Part shown: positions 26,175-39,159 of the stretch, one piece after another
Position numbering within the stretch: position 1 is the first letter of the stretch
Layout: every line of letters starts with the position of its first letter
Assembly: GCA_964016885.1 (NCBI GenBank)
Contig: OZ024740.1
Span: 307,272,001 to 307,336,000 of the forward strand
Reading direction: 5' to 3'
Length of the DNA: 64,000 nt
DNA from: Eledone cirrhosa
Lineage: Eukaryota
The notes under the pieces: model-generated
Database searches by the model: none
Told to the model about the DNA's origin: nothing
The model's input: the letters and a program-made list of their open reading frames with translations, nothing else
Position numbers and translations under genes: made by a program

Positions 26175-28320
26175 GTAATAATTATTTCTACATTTGGCAC
26201 AAGGCCAGCAATTATTCCAGTGTATTACTGGTACTTTATTTTATAGACACCGTAATGATGAAAGGCAAAGTTAACCTCGGCGGGATTTGAACTCAGACCG
26301 TAAAGGGACGTAACTCTTTGCTGTAAAGCATGGCGTCCGACCCTCTACTGATACGGCCAATCCAATAATAATGGTTTCTTATATAGGCACAAGGCCAACA
26401 ATTTTGAGGGGGAAGTCGATTAAATCGACCCCATTGCATGACTGGTACTTTATTTTATCGACCCCGTAAGGATGAAAGGCAAAGTTAACCTCAGCAGGAT
26501 TTGAACTCAGAACGTAAAGAGACGTAACTCTATGCCACGAAGCATGGTATCCGGCGCTCTACTGATACTGACAACCCACCGTAAGGATCATAATTGTTTC
26601 TATTCTTGGCACAAGGCCAGCAATTACCCCAGTGCATTACTGGTGCTTTATTTTATCGACCCCGTAAGGAAATAGTTAACCTCGGCAGGATTTGAACTCA
26701 GACAATAAAGGGGCATAACTCTGTGCTGCAAAGCATGGCGCCCGACCCTCTAACGTAAGGATAATAATAATTATTAATATTTCTGTATTGGCCACAAGGA
26801 CCTATATAGAGGACAATACAAAAAGTCAGAGAAAAAACAGTAAAAATATAAATACTACAATAACAATAAAAATGCAAACAGAATTTCCAATAGTGTGGGG
26901 GGGGGGGGCACACCAGAGCAACTCAGGTACCCCCACCAATCCTGAACCACCCGACGCTTCGAGAGCACCCGGAAAGGGCATCCGTCTCCTCCCCAAATTA
27001 ACCAGCCTACAGGTGCATGCTCAGAATAGGCACATTCACACGGGTCATTCAAGCCATATTTAACACGATTTAGCAAATGTACAGAAGGGGGGGGGGCACT
27101 TCTCTCTTCACACCCACCTTCCATTCCAAGTGAAACTTGAAAAAGTTGATGAGGGATTGGCCGAAGAAAAAAGTGTCTGTCTTCAGTCCTTTCAACCTGA
27201 TCAACCACACCTTTGTGCTACGGTCACCAAATAGAAGAAAACTGCCTGTCCTTCCCAGCCAAAAGAAGGCGACGGGGCGATCTTCACTATGGATTCGGCC
27301 GATTGCCGGATCCGTTCTACACGCAACAACTGCTGTTCGACATAACTCCACAAGTCAGTAATGCACGGACACTGGATGAGTGTTTGCAGAACGGTTTCGT
27401 CGCTCTGCTCACATCTCGGGCACCCGTCTGACAGCACTTCCGTGTCTCATAATGGTTTCTGATTTTGGCAAAAGGGTAACACTTTTTTTGGGGGGGGGGG
27501 GGGGATAGTTGATTAAATCGACTCCAGTGCATTACTGGTACTTTATTTTATCGACCCCGTAAGGATGAAAGGCAAAGTTAACTTCGGCGGGATTTGAACA
27601 CAGAATGGCAAGGGCCGTAACTTTATGCGTCAAAGCATGGTATCCGACCCTCTACTGATACTGCCAATCCACCCTAACCCTAACCCTCAATAATAATTGT
27701 TTCTACTTTTGGCACAAGGCCAGCAATTAACCAGTGTATTACTGGTACTTTATTTTATCGACCCCGTAATGATGAAAGACAAAGTTAACCTCGGCGGGAT
27801 TTGAACTCAGATCGTAAAGGGACGTAACTATGCTGGAAAGCATGACATTCGACCCTCTACCGATACTGCCAATCCACCGCAATAATGATTTCTTATATAG
27901 GCACAAGGTCATCAATTTGGGAGAGGGCAAAGTCGATTAAATCGGTCCCAGTGCGTGACTGGTACTTCATTTTATCGACCACGTAAGGATGAAAGGCAAA
28001 GTTAACCTCGGCGGGATTTGAGCTCAGATCATAAAGAGCCGTCACTATATGCTGCAAAGCATGGTGTTCGACGCGCTACCGATTCTGCCAATCTACCGCC
28101 CTCAATATAATATTAATCATTTCTAGTATAGGCACAAGGCCAGTAATTTGGGGTAGGGGAAAGTCGATTAAATCGACCTCAGTTAATCACTGGTACTTTA
28201 TTTTATCCACCCCGTAAGGATGAAAGATAAAGATAACCTCGGCGGGATTTGAACTCAGAGCGTGAACGACCGTAACTCTATACTGCAAAGCAGGGTGTGT
28301 GGTGCTCTACCGATACTGCC
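26175..28320 (-). mobile_element. Tandem cluster of about 7 same-orientation SINE copies, interrupted by a Tx1-like fragment
   Basis: Repeated ggcacaaggcc..ttttatcgaccccgtaaggatgaaaggcaaagttaacctcggcgggatttgaactcag units separated by (AAT)n. Confidence 0.95.
26765..27445 (-). mobile_element. L1/Tx1-like LINE 3' fragment
   Basis: CPRCEQSDETVLQTLIQCPCITDLWSYV (degenerate CCHC), followed by a pyrimidine-rich 3' UTR and an (ATT)n tail. Confidence 0.75.
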
Positions 28321-28329
28321 AGAGCTTGC

Positions 28330-29280
28330 AACAATACAGCGAAGACGGTACAAGACGATAGAGTGGGTTTACATGAAAGAATAAAAAAAAGGTGTAAAAA
28401 AGATGAAAAACAGCAAAAATAAAAACAAAATGAATTCCAAAGAAATTCGAACAGAAACTTTCTCCCAAATTCTTGGAGGGCTACGTGTGACCTCCCCCTC
28501 CTATACGGTCACTATGACCAATAAAGAAAGCCCCCCTCCCCCCGCTCTCTCTCTCTCACCTGTCCTACTCCAATCTATAGATGCATGCTCAGAGCAGTCT
28601 CGTTTACTTGGATCCTGTTCAACACTCTCATCCATCTTTCAACAAATTTGCTGGGAAGCAACAGTTACCTCTCCATCCTCAATTTCTATTTCGAAAGCTT
28701 GAACAATCTTGTCCACCACACAACCTCGTTTGTCACAAGACAGATAAAACTGCCTGGTCTCCCTGGCCGAAGGAAAGAAGTGGTGCAACCTCCCCAATAA
28801 ATTTAGCTGATAGCAGATCTTTCCTACACGTGATAGTAGCTGTTCGACATAACTCAACAAATCAGCAGTGCTCGGGCACTGGACCAGTGCAGACAGAACA
28901 GTTTCGCCGCCATGCGCGCATCATAGGCTCGGTGACGTCGTCCGTATCTGCCGACACAGATCTTCCTTGTCCTATTTCGAATGAGATACTCCTCAACATT
29001 CCCAGCATCCGCAGTAGCGGTTTGAGAATTAGAATATACAGAAGGAATGACAGCGCTATAATTCTCCGGTTCACAAAGCAAGGAATTCTCCAGTTTTGTT
29101 TCCAGTTGCAGAAAACATCTGCTAAGACATCGACGATCAAATCTGGAGTATATATGTAAAAATAGGCGATTTGACTCCCGTCCAGCTCTTAGCACCACTC
29201 GTCATATCGCAGCCTGTTGTCAGGTTTTTGCAGCACTCTACTACATCTTCCAGAAACAGTCGTGATAATCTGTTGATGTA
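28330..29280 (-). mobile_element. Second, more diverged L1/Tx1-like 3' fragment
   Basis: Homologous to 26900-27430 (tgttcgacataactc, aaaactgcctg), with degenerate CCHC region and LLSYVEQLLSRV. Confidence 0.7.
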
Positions 29281-29283
29281 GAC

Positions 29284-29630
29284 CAGAGGTTCTGAAAGTG
29301 GGTGCTACCGCCCGGGGGGGGGGGGGGTGAAAAGGTCCAAAGGGGCGCTAGGCCTAATGGGTGGGTGTGGGTGGTAGGGATGATATAATAGTATCAAATG
29401 ATACATATATATAAATAGAGTAAAATAAAAAATATATAGTATTTATTTATACATAGTAGATATATTATATTATCTATTATATATAAATGAACGATTTTAT
29501 TTATTATTTATTATATATTATTTACAATTTGCGTGTAGGCAGGTCCCTCTGGAAATAGGGGTGGGGTGCTGAGGGTATTACGTGGTCCTGAGGGAGAGGG
29601 GCCGTGACCCCAAAAGTTTGAAAACTTCAT
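29284..29630. mobile_element. Decayed hAT-like MITE
   Basis: Ends cagaggttctgaaag and agtttgaaaacttc resemble the Charlie-type TIR CAGTGGTTCTCAAAC. Confidence 0.45.
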
Positions 29631-29637
29631 ATGTAAG

Positions 29638-29697
<60 letters not shown>

Positions 29698-29751
29698 TGT
29701 GTGTGTGTGTGTGTGTGTGTATCCCGAGTTCAATCGGGGGTAGAAACCATT

Positions 29752-29814
<63 letters not shown>

Positions 29815-29826
29815 CATATTTATATA

Positions 29827-30566
29827 TTCATATGTTTATTTATATGTCAATCAATTTCTAGTTGATATAAAATGCTCGGATCTCCTCATTAGAATCTTGG
29901 AGCATATTTTACGGGTGATATGGTGCATGTCTATCTGGCATGACACCCTTAATTTAATTTGATTTAATTTAATTTAATTCAATTTATCTTAATTTTGGAT
30001 ATATATAAATACGGCCCCTTAATTGTAGAGCTAACTCAGTTGAAAGGACTTGACTGCTGTTTCTAGTTGTCGATAACCCTATTTACGCCACCGGGACGAA
30101 GCTGGTATGATGTGTGTATTTATAGTGGATACAGCACTTGTTACTGGCCAGTCGCTGATTTGAACTTGATGCGTAAACACAGATGGTTGGACCTCTTCCT
30201 TGTTGAAAATCCAGGATCTGGCTACTGTCGTTTACCAATCGATTAATTGGTGAAATATATTTCTTTAATGGAATATATACGAGGAAGATTAATCAAATTA
30301 TAAGGTATCTATTTTTGAAGTTCTAGTTAAACTTTATTTAGTTACCTACCTAGCTATGTGAGGTTGCACACTTTTACAAATTATCCCCTGTGATTGTTTC
30401 ATATGTTTATTTATATGTCAATCAATTTCTAGTTGATATAAAATGCTCGGATCTACTCATTAGAATCTTGGAGCATATTTTACGGGTGATATGGCGCATG
30501 TCTATCTGGCATGACACCCTTAATTTAATTTGATTTAATTTAATTTAATTCAATTTATCTTAATTT

Positions 30567-30567
<1 letters not shown>
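29827..30567. repeat. Direct repeats of about 170 bp (29827-29997, 30398-30567) flanking about 400 bp of unique sequence, embedded in (TA)n
   Basis: ttcatatgtttatttatatgtcaatc..ttatcttaattttg is present twice with only about 2 differences. Confidence 0.9.
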
Positions 30568-30619
<52 letters not shown>

Positions 30620-30776
30620 GTATGTATGTATAGTGAAAGAGTGAAGAGTAACATGGTTGGCTGTACAACAAGGGGCTTTATTTCAGGTATTGACAATTGT
30701 AACTGGATTACCTATAACGATAACTTGTTACCCCATATATATATATATGTATATACATATATATATATGTATATAC

Positions 30777-30836
<60 letters not shown>

Positions 30837-31347
30837 GCGCATATATGCATACATGGGTGTACGTGCATGCGAGCGTAAGTGTATGTGTTCAGAGGAGAGG
30901 ATGCTCGTTGAGAAGCAGTCGTCTTATAAAAACTATAAAGATAAATGTAAGTGTGATGATGATGATGATGATGACGATGATGACGATGACGATGACGATG
31001 ACAACGACGATGATGATGACGATGGCGACAACTACAACGGCGATAATCACGCCAACAATGACTACGAAGACGATGCCACCGAGAAGCCATAAGATCATTT
31101 GGAAGTCAAGAATTATCAACTATCAACAATATCATCAACACAAACGATTAGCTGATCTCGAAGCCGTCGCCGATGCCGCCAGACAGTCTACGTTTCCCAC
31201 CCCCTCTCTACTACCTTTAACTGTGATGATCTTCTCACTTGGTTTCCGTTTTCCTTTGGCTTTGTAAGAGATAACCTGTTAGGTTCATTAGTCATACCTC
31301 CCTCAACGTATATCACCCCCTCTCAATCAGACACCCCCCCCACCCTA

Positions 31348-31416
<69 letters not shown>

Positions 31417-31492
31417 ACACACACACTCTCTCTCTATCTCTCTCTCTCTCTCTCCCTATATATAAATATAAGTATGCATACGTACCCACACT

Positions 31493-31564
<72 letters not shown>

Positions 31565-31619
31565 CACACACATACGTATACATATACATATGTACGTATC
31601 GGTTATATCGAACATTAAG

Positions 31620-32005
31620 AGTTGTTTATACTTTTGGCACAAGGCCAGCAATTATCCCAGTGTATTACTGGTACTTTATTTTATCGACCCCGTAAGGATG
31701 AAAGGCAAAGTTAACCTCGGCAGGATTTGAACTCAGACCATAAAGGGTCGTAACTCTATGCGTCAAAGCATAGCGTCCGACTCTCTACTGATACTGCCAA
31801 TCCACCGCCCTTATCGAACATTAATAATAATTGTTTCTACTTTAGGCACAAGGCCAGTACATTACTGGTACTTTATTTTATCGACTCCGTAAGGATGAAA
31901 GGCAAAGTTAACCTCGGCGGGACTTGAACTCAGACCGAAAAGGGACGTAACTCTATGCTGCAAAGCATGGCGTCCGACCCTCTACCGATACTGTCAATCC
32001 ACCGT
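31620..32005 (-). mobile_element. Two tandem SINE copies
   Basis: Full SINE bodies. tatcgaacattaa flanks the first copy as a TSD. Confidence 0.9.
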
Positions 32006-32401
32006 CAAACATTAATAATAATGTTGTTCGATTCGTTATATATATATAAACAAATAGTATAAAGGAAAGAAATAGATTAGAAAATGCTAGAGGGATTTTT
32101 TCAGTATAACATAAAAACATTTATTTATAATTAGGGATTTCTGTATTTAATCGTGTACCGGTTTCAGCTTTATATACTCTTTCAACGACGGAAGTGTATA
32201 GTGCAGTTAAATTGCATATTTATACGAATAATAATAAAATGGAAGAAAAAATATTTTAGTTTTTACATACATATTTAGAGAGGAAAGTTCATATTTTTGT
32301 CTGTAGTTTTGTTAAGGTTGACCTACAGACGTGGAGTATAAATATTCATTTTTATTAAGGTTAAAATGTGAGTCAAAATGAATATATATATATAAAAATA
32401 T

Positions 32402-33090
32402 ATATAATTGAATAAACAAGAGAGATGAACACTAATATAAACATACATGTGTTCGAATCGTAAGGACTAAAATTTGCTAGGGTGAAAAAATACTAACTAC
32501 AGCAATATAGTTTGTTATACTTAATTTTAAATATTAAATTAAGAAAAATAAAGAAAAATAACAGACCTATATTGGGCAAAAATGCCTGGTAACAACTAGA
32601 CAGTGTTGGAGACTGTTTCGCAACGACTTATTAAGTGAAGTTCTCACGTTTCTCTGCTCCTCATTAGTTGTTGAGAAATTGGTGATCCTTTCACTTCTAA
32701 AAATATTAGAGAATGAATTGTGTACGATATGAATTATCGCACGTGTCATCCGGAACCCAGCTTGTCTCGAAATTCTCTGCCGCTAAAAATAGCAGCCTGG
32801 CTGACAGGACAATAAAAATTAGCTCTACATGATGGAGCCGACCAATATATATTGAGTTAAGAACTCAGGGTAGTCTCTTACAATTAAATAGCTCTAAGAA
32901 AAAAGCTTTTCTGAGCCGTAGTATTTTTTCACCCTAGCAAATTTTAGTCCTTACGATTCGAACACATGTATATTTATATTAGTGTTCATCTCTCTTGTTT
33001 ATTCAATTATATTGTACGGCCCGGAAAAGCTTTTTTCTTAGCGCTATTTAATTGTAATGGACTACCCTGAGTTCTTAACTCAATATATAT
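32402..33090. repeat. Interlocked inverted repeats (32402-32494 vs 32920-33012; 32845-32920 vs 33015-33090)
   Basis: Reverse-complement matches read directly from the sequence. Confidence 0.85.
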
Positions 33091-33110
33091 ATAAATATAT
33101 ATATATTAGA

Positions 33111-33390
33111 TAGTGAAATAGAGCTTCCGCCGTATTTTTGACTAAGTAAATTAGCCTAATAGTTGGAGTTATGAAAACCCCCAGATTGGAAAAAATGGAT
33201 GTTAACCATTACACCACGTATTATGTGACGCGCTGGTGTAATGGTTAACGCAGTTGTCATGATAGCCAAAGATGTGGGTTGGTGTCCCATGTACGTCAAT
33301 GGTCATCCTTTTTACAATCTGAGTTTTTTATAACACCAACTATTAGGCTAATTTACTTAGTCAACATACGGCGGAAGCTCTGTTTCACTA
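33111..33390. mobile_element. Palindromic element with arms of about 90 bp and an internal tRNA-like head
   Basis: tagtgaaatagagcttccgccgtat.. pairs with ..atacggcggaagctctgtttcacta. A-box-like TGGTGTAATGG at about 33235 and degenerate B-box GGTTGGTGTCC. Confidence 0.7.
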
Positions 33391-34214
33391 CCCAATTTTC
33401 AAATTCTCCGCTGTTTGTAAACAAAGTTAATTTTCAAAACAACGTTAAGCTCTGCATCTTATATATTTCAATGGCCCGGTTACGCAAAATCCTGGCAACA
33501 TTATCAGGTTTGGATCACATCATAATTAATTAATCAATACAGGGAATTACAGCAAACATAAACAGGGAATAGAAAAATATTTGATTCGGAGATGGTCTGT
33601 GAAATCGGCGTTATTGGGGTCTTAAGATACACAGTTTTTGTGCATCCATCTTACGCCTCCCAGGACAGGTCGCAGACCCATCGCCAGTTTTTACAGCATG
33701 AGATTTTGGCATTTGTGTTTGTAATTTCAAGCTATCTATATTATCAGCATATTTGTTTGGGAGAAATGTTATTGGTATTTTAATTACACTATTGAAACGA
33801 TTGTAAGGTATTAAATGATTCAATTCAATAGATTCTACCACAGTAAGCGCTATAGTAATTATCCTCAGTTGTTATTGGGACTTCTAGGGTGTGGCAATCG
33901 TTTTAATCGTGTAAATATATGATCAAAGATGTTCCAGCTTTAGCCATGCCATCTCTTTGCATATCAAGGACAATATTATCTAATGTCCGCTTCTGATTTC
34001 GAAGATGGTAAGCTGTGATCTGTAAGTCGAATAACCGCATAAAGGTTTCCTCGCCAAGGTACCAATGCTGCTAATTGTTTTGTGTAGTGTTAGTTTAGGG
34101 ATTTATTTTCCAAACAAATCTCTGAGACAGTTTTCTGTTTCTACAGTTTATTTTCTTGAAAATCTGTTTGCTTTTGAGTTTTATTTCTGAGTGTGCGTTG
34201 GTATATTGCGTTTG

Positions 34215-34327
34215 GGTTTGACTGGCCTTTAGTGGTTTGACTGGCCTTTAGTGGGTTGACTGGCCTTTAGTGGTTTGACTGGCCTTTAGTGGTTTGACTG
34301 GCCTTTAGTGGGTTGACTGGCCTTTAG
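34215..34327. repeat. 19-bp minisatellite, 6 copies
   Basis: Unit ggtttgactggcctttagt, contiguous with no spacers. Confidence 0.95.
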
Positions 34328-34465
34328 CCTATTTCAGGTGTGGTTGGACTTTTACTTCATTCTTTTCATAACAAAGGTTTCATATCTACCTTGGATTTAC
34401 CTTATATCGTCCAATTATATGCTGTGTTCTACCATCAGTATTTAATATTTATTTAATTATGTCAC

Positions 34466-34710
34466 CGGGCAAAACAGGAGACCCAGAGGTAGACCCCGAG
34501 CAAGATGGTTGGATAACATCCATGAGATTGGCTGGTCTTGCTTGGTGATCCAGCCGGATCAATTGGAAACGGTTGCTTCTGACAGGACCTGCTGGAAGGA
34601 GTGTTTGAGGACTCTCCTCCGAGGAATATGTGGGCGAAGAAGAAGAAGAAGAAGAAGAAGAAGAAGAAGAAGAAGAAGAAGAAGAAGAAGAAGAAGAAGA
34701 AGAAGAAGAA
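34466..34710 (+). mobile_element. RTE-like LINE extreme 3' end with (GAA)n tail
   Basis: RPRGRPRARWLDNI..VASDRTCWKECL followed by (GAA)n. Confidence 0.75.
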
Positions 34711-35186
34711 TGCATATTATGCAAGTTATCTAGACTATTTCAAATATGTTTTATATATTGCATAACATTCGTACAGCATTGCTATGGCAATATCCCCACC
34801 CCCACCCCTCCTCCCCCGTATACGGCGGATTCCTATGGATAGTTATTCTCTGGTGAAAAGGCAATAACCTCTTTCTGTGTACGGAAGAATAACTGTGTTT
34901 CTACTTCATACGTCATTATTTTTACAACAAAGTCTAAAAAACAATAGTTATATCTACATTATATTTACCTTCATATCCCCCTCTCTCTCACTCTCTTTCT
35001 CTCTCTCTTTTCTCTCTTCCCCTCTCTCACTCTCTCTGTCACATACACTCATATACACACACAGACACCTCCATATATATATATATAATTACCTACCTAC
35101 ATACACACACACACATACACGCATATATCTATATATATATAATATATATATAATATATATATATGTGTGTGTGTGTGTGTGTATGT

Positions 35187-35331
<145 letters not shown>

Positions 35332-35699
35332 AGTGAATAAAATTGTTTAGAGAAATAAATAATCCATATAACGACAGGTGTCCAATAAAATTATGAATTT
35401 TCTCAGAAAGTAAATGATATCTCTTCTAAAGATAGAGAAACATCGGAGACAAGGATGGTGGGGGGGGGGGGGGGGGGCGAGCTATATAGAACAGAACATG
35501 GAATGAAATGGAATAAATGAACATGGATTGAAATGAAATAAAACAGAGAAGGTTTGACATTTATAATCAGAAAAATATGTTTAAAAATCTAAGAAACATG
35601 TCTGTAATAAATAAGAAGAAAAAAAAGCTCCTCAGAAATGAAAGAAACATGAATACTAAGATTCAGGTAAAACCAAACGAATCTGAAATATTGAAGATA

Positions 35700-36410
35700 G
35701 AGAAATATTTTCCAGTACAATAATCTATATAAAAGGTATTTTGCAGTTACTTTGTTCATATAAGTAGCTATAGAAGAAAGTCATAAGAGTGAATAAAAAA
35801 AACCGAGGAGAATGTATTGTAGAACGTTACCAGACAATAAAAAGACCACCTTAATAGAAATGGCATGGAAACAGGAAATAAAGGAGGAAAAATAGACAAT
35901 TTTTACCTTCTCGAATTGTGCAGTTATCATACCCATAAATGTTCTTAGAGTCTATACATCTTACTGGCAAAATTTCAATCTTAGACATACAATAAACAAT
36001 AGCACTTCGATGTTGTTTTACCTTCTCTCTGTTTATTACCGATACCATGACAGCTTCGGTTCCTTTAACACACTATGCTCTAACATTGCCCACAGATGTA
36101 AGACAACTATGAGAGGTAACGCCTTTACTGCGAAAATAAAACAGTAGATACAGAGCAATGCAAATGTTAAAGGGTTTAATAGGCTGAGAGAAAAACTGGG
36201 TATGAGAGGGATTAGATGCAATGTACACAACTCTCATCTGTTCGCTATTCCTACTGTGTCACACACTCAAGCCTCGTAAACATATTGATGAATACTCTCC
36301 AACAGAAATGCAAATCTTTGGAATTCTTTCCTGCGCACATTGTTCTAGCAGTCACCAATTTACTGACGTTCAAACAAAACATCAATTCCCATCGATCTGA
36401 AAAATACTTT
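35700..36410 (+). pseudogene. Highly decayed CR1-group LINE 3' remnant
   Basis: ..FFPAHIVLAVTNLLTFKQNI resembles the CR1 C-terminus WNxLPxxIVxAxxLxxFK. Confidence 0.45.
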
Positions 36411-36437
36411 GGGCGTTGCTTCACGTTCTAGGATCAA

Positions 36438-37405
36438 ATAATTGTTTTTATTTTTGTCACAAGACCAGCAACTTTTGGAAAGGGGAAAATCGATTAAATC
36501 GACCCCAGTGCGATACTGGTACTTTATTAAATCGACCCCAGTGCGATACTGGTACTTTATTTTATCGACCCCGTAAGGATGAAAGGCAAAGCTAACCTCG
36601 GCGAGATTTGAACTCAGAACGTAAAGGGACGTAACTATATATCGAAAAACATGTCGTCCGATGCTCTACCGATACTGCAAGTCCACCACCCTTAATAATA
36701 TCTGATTTAGACACAAGGTCAACAATTTGGAGGGGAGGAGAAAGACCATTAAATCGACCCCGGTGTATTATTGGTGCTTTATTTTATCGAACCCGTAAGG
36801 GTGAAAGGCAAAGCTAAGCTTATAATAATAATTGTTTCTACTTTTGGCCCAAGGCCAGTAATTCACCAGTACATTACTGGTACTTCATTTTATAGACCCC
36901 GTAAGGATGAAAGGCAAAGTCAACCTCGGCAGGATTTGAACCCAGAATGGCAAGGGCCATAGCTCTATGCTGGAAAGCATGGTGTCCGACCCTCTACCGA
37001 TACTGCTAATCCACCACCCTAAGCTTATAATAATAATTGTTTCTACTTTTTGGCACAAGGCCAGCAATTATCCCAGTGTATTACTGGAACTTTATTTTAT
37101 CGACCCCGTAAGGATGAAAGGCAAAGTTAAGCTCGGCGGGATTTGAACTCAGTTCGTAAAGGGACGTAACTATGCTGGAAAGCATGGCATCCGACCCTCT
37201 ACCGATACTGCCAATAATAATAATGACTTCTTTATTAGGCACGCAGGGCTCCCATTAAGAAAACATTAAGGACGGAACAGTGTGGGTTTTAGAATGTAAA
37301 ATATTTTAACACCGGTGGGATATGAAATCAGAACGTAAAGAGCCGTAACACTATGCCACGAAGCATGGTGTCTTATGCTCTGTCGATACTGCCAATCCAC
37401 CGCCT
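36438..37405 (-). mobile_element. Tandem cluster of 4-5 SINE copies
   Basis: Repeated SINE cores. ctaagcttataataataattgtttc is duplicated at about 36814 and 37019. Confidence 0.9.
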
Positions 37406-38080
37406 GTCACCCTAGAACTCAATAATAATATATGAAAATAAAAAAGAGTGAGTCAAATTGTAACAAAACACAATTGAACATTCACGGAAATGAGAAGAAT
37501 ACTAAATTTCAACAAGGAGATATTGATTTGTCTTAGGAGATATTGATTTTTTTTTTTCTTTATTACATGCATTTGGTAACAATAGCTTCATTCGATGCAT
37601 GAACAACAAAGATGGGTCTAATAGGCTAACCAATAACTCCCTGCATTAGTTAAGGTAAGAACGACAAAAGATGTTTGTATACGAGACTTTTGAACGCTTC
37701 TGTTCTGCACGCTGAGATGGTTTCATTTGCAGCTACAAAGTCCCATATATTAATAACCGAGGGCAGAGTGCTCCTATCCAGTGTCTTACTTTAAGAAACG
37801 AAATAGGGTGTATAAAAAGGCAACAGTCCTTGTACAACGATGTCTGTCATAATGTTGTGGTAGATCTCAGTTCTGATGAACTGAACCGTATCTATATTTT
37901 ATAATATATTATTGTTTCAGTGTCACATAGTATGTAGTCTGTTGATGCAAGATTTCTCCCAACCTCTGATATGTGTGTGTTGTGTTAACTATTTCCATAG
38001 AAAAGGTAAAGGGAAGAAGAGTGTTCTATGTATTGTAAACAGCTATTTAATTACATAATAAATGACACAATATTATTATC

Positions 38081-38161
38081 CCATTACCAAAGGTTTCAAG
38101 AAACTAGACGATTCCTACGGAACTGTCCAGCCTGTCTAGTTTCTTGAAACCTTTGGTAATG

Positions 38162-38162
<1 letters not shown>
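38081..38162. repeat. Perfect 29-bp-arm hairpin containing the 3' half of an HHR
   Basis: ccattaccaaaggtttcaagaaactagac/gtctagtttcttgaaacctttggtaatgg, containing GAAA-cc(ttt)gg-TA. Confidence 0.8.
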
Positions 38163-38240
<78 letters not shown>

Positions 38241-38241
<1 letters not shown>

Positions 38242-38740
38242 TAGCCGAATTACTCGCGCCTTGCTGCTGCTGCGTTTCACACATTTTTTTGTAAGAAGAT
38301 GATGATTGATTTTAAATCAGTGATAAAATTTACGGAGAAAAACTCTGCATTTCAATATTACTCAATGTAAAATGTAATGCATGAACAATTGGAAAACATT
38401 ATTTTTTGTAATATCTCAAATCAAAATTACATTATTAAATCTTATTCTTATTTTGTTGCTTGCAAATAATCTTTTTCAAAATATCAATTCAAAACTTTAG
38501 GCATCATATGTTGTCATTTACCTATGGTTTAAATTTCCTATAAATCGAAGTGAAACATTTTTCAGCCGGGGTTTGTGCCTCGGGAACCCTTTGATTAAAA
38601 TGAAATATACTTATCCAAGTACCCTGGGTAATGTAGTTTCAGAATATATATCGTTATGGGGGTCTATCTCCCAAACCATAGTAGTAATTCGTGAACAAAC
38701 AATCAAACAAACTGACAGAAATACAACTATATATATATAT
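38241..38740 (-). mobile_element. Possible non-autonomous Helitron-like element
   Basis: CTAG plus a GC-rich subterminal segment at one end and caaacaaactgacaga..tatatata at the other, a layout resembling Lep1-type Helitrons. Confidence 0.4.
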
Positions 38741-38858
38741 CTGCCTTCTATCTTTGCACACGACACTAGACGAATTGCTTCTTTATCACGGGAACAATTT
38801 TGAATAGCGCCCGTTCGTGATTTGAACTCGGGAATTTTATATTCTCTGAGTGAAAAGA

Positions 38859-38944
38859 ACCCTCTGACGAGAGTCTCCCTTTTCAATGGATTTTCCGCAT
38901 GGATTATCCATTTATTTTTAGACTTGAAACCGTACGGTAAGGGT
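38859..38944 (+). ncRNA. Complete type-I hammerhead with a 55-nt stem II domain
   Basis: accct-CTGACGA-gagtct..agactt-GAAA-cc(gtac)gg-TA-agggt. All core nucleotides are intact and the cleavage triplet is GUA. Confidence 0.85.
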
Positions 38945-39019
38945 AATTACAGCAGGTACAGTGAACTTTTAAAAATTTATTTTAAAACTTTTTCTTATTT
39001 TCTAAACCTTGATACCTTG

Positions 39020-39091
<72 letters not shown>

Positions 39092-39159
39092 GACATATAA
39101 TAGGCGAATGAGAAAGTCATTAGGGCGTTGGATTAAAAAGTGCCCGTATTTGTTCCAGC

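Noticed and set aside
34215-34327. CRISPR-like array
   Set aside because: The repeats are contiguous with no spacers, the context is eukaryotic and there are no cas genes.
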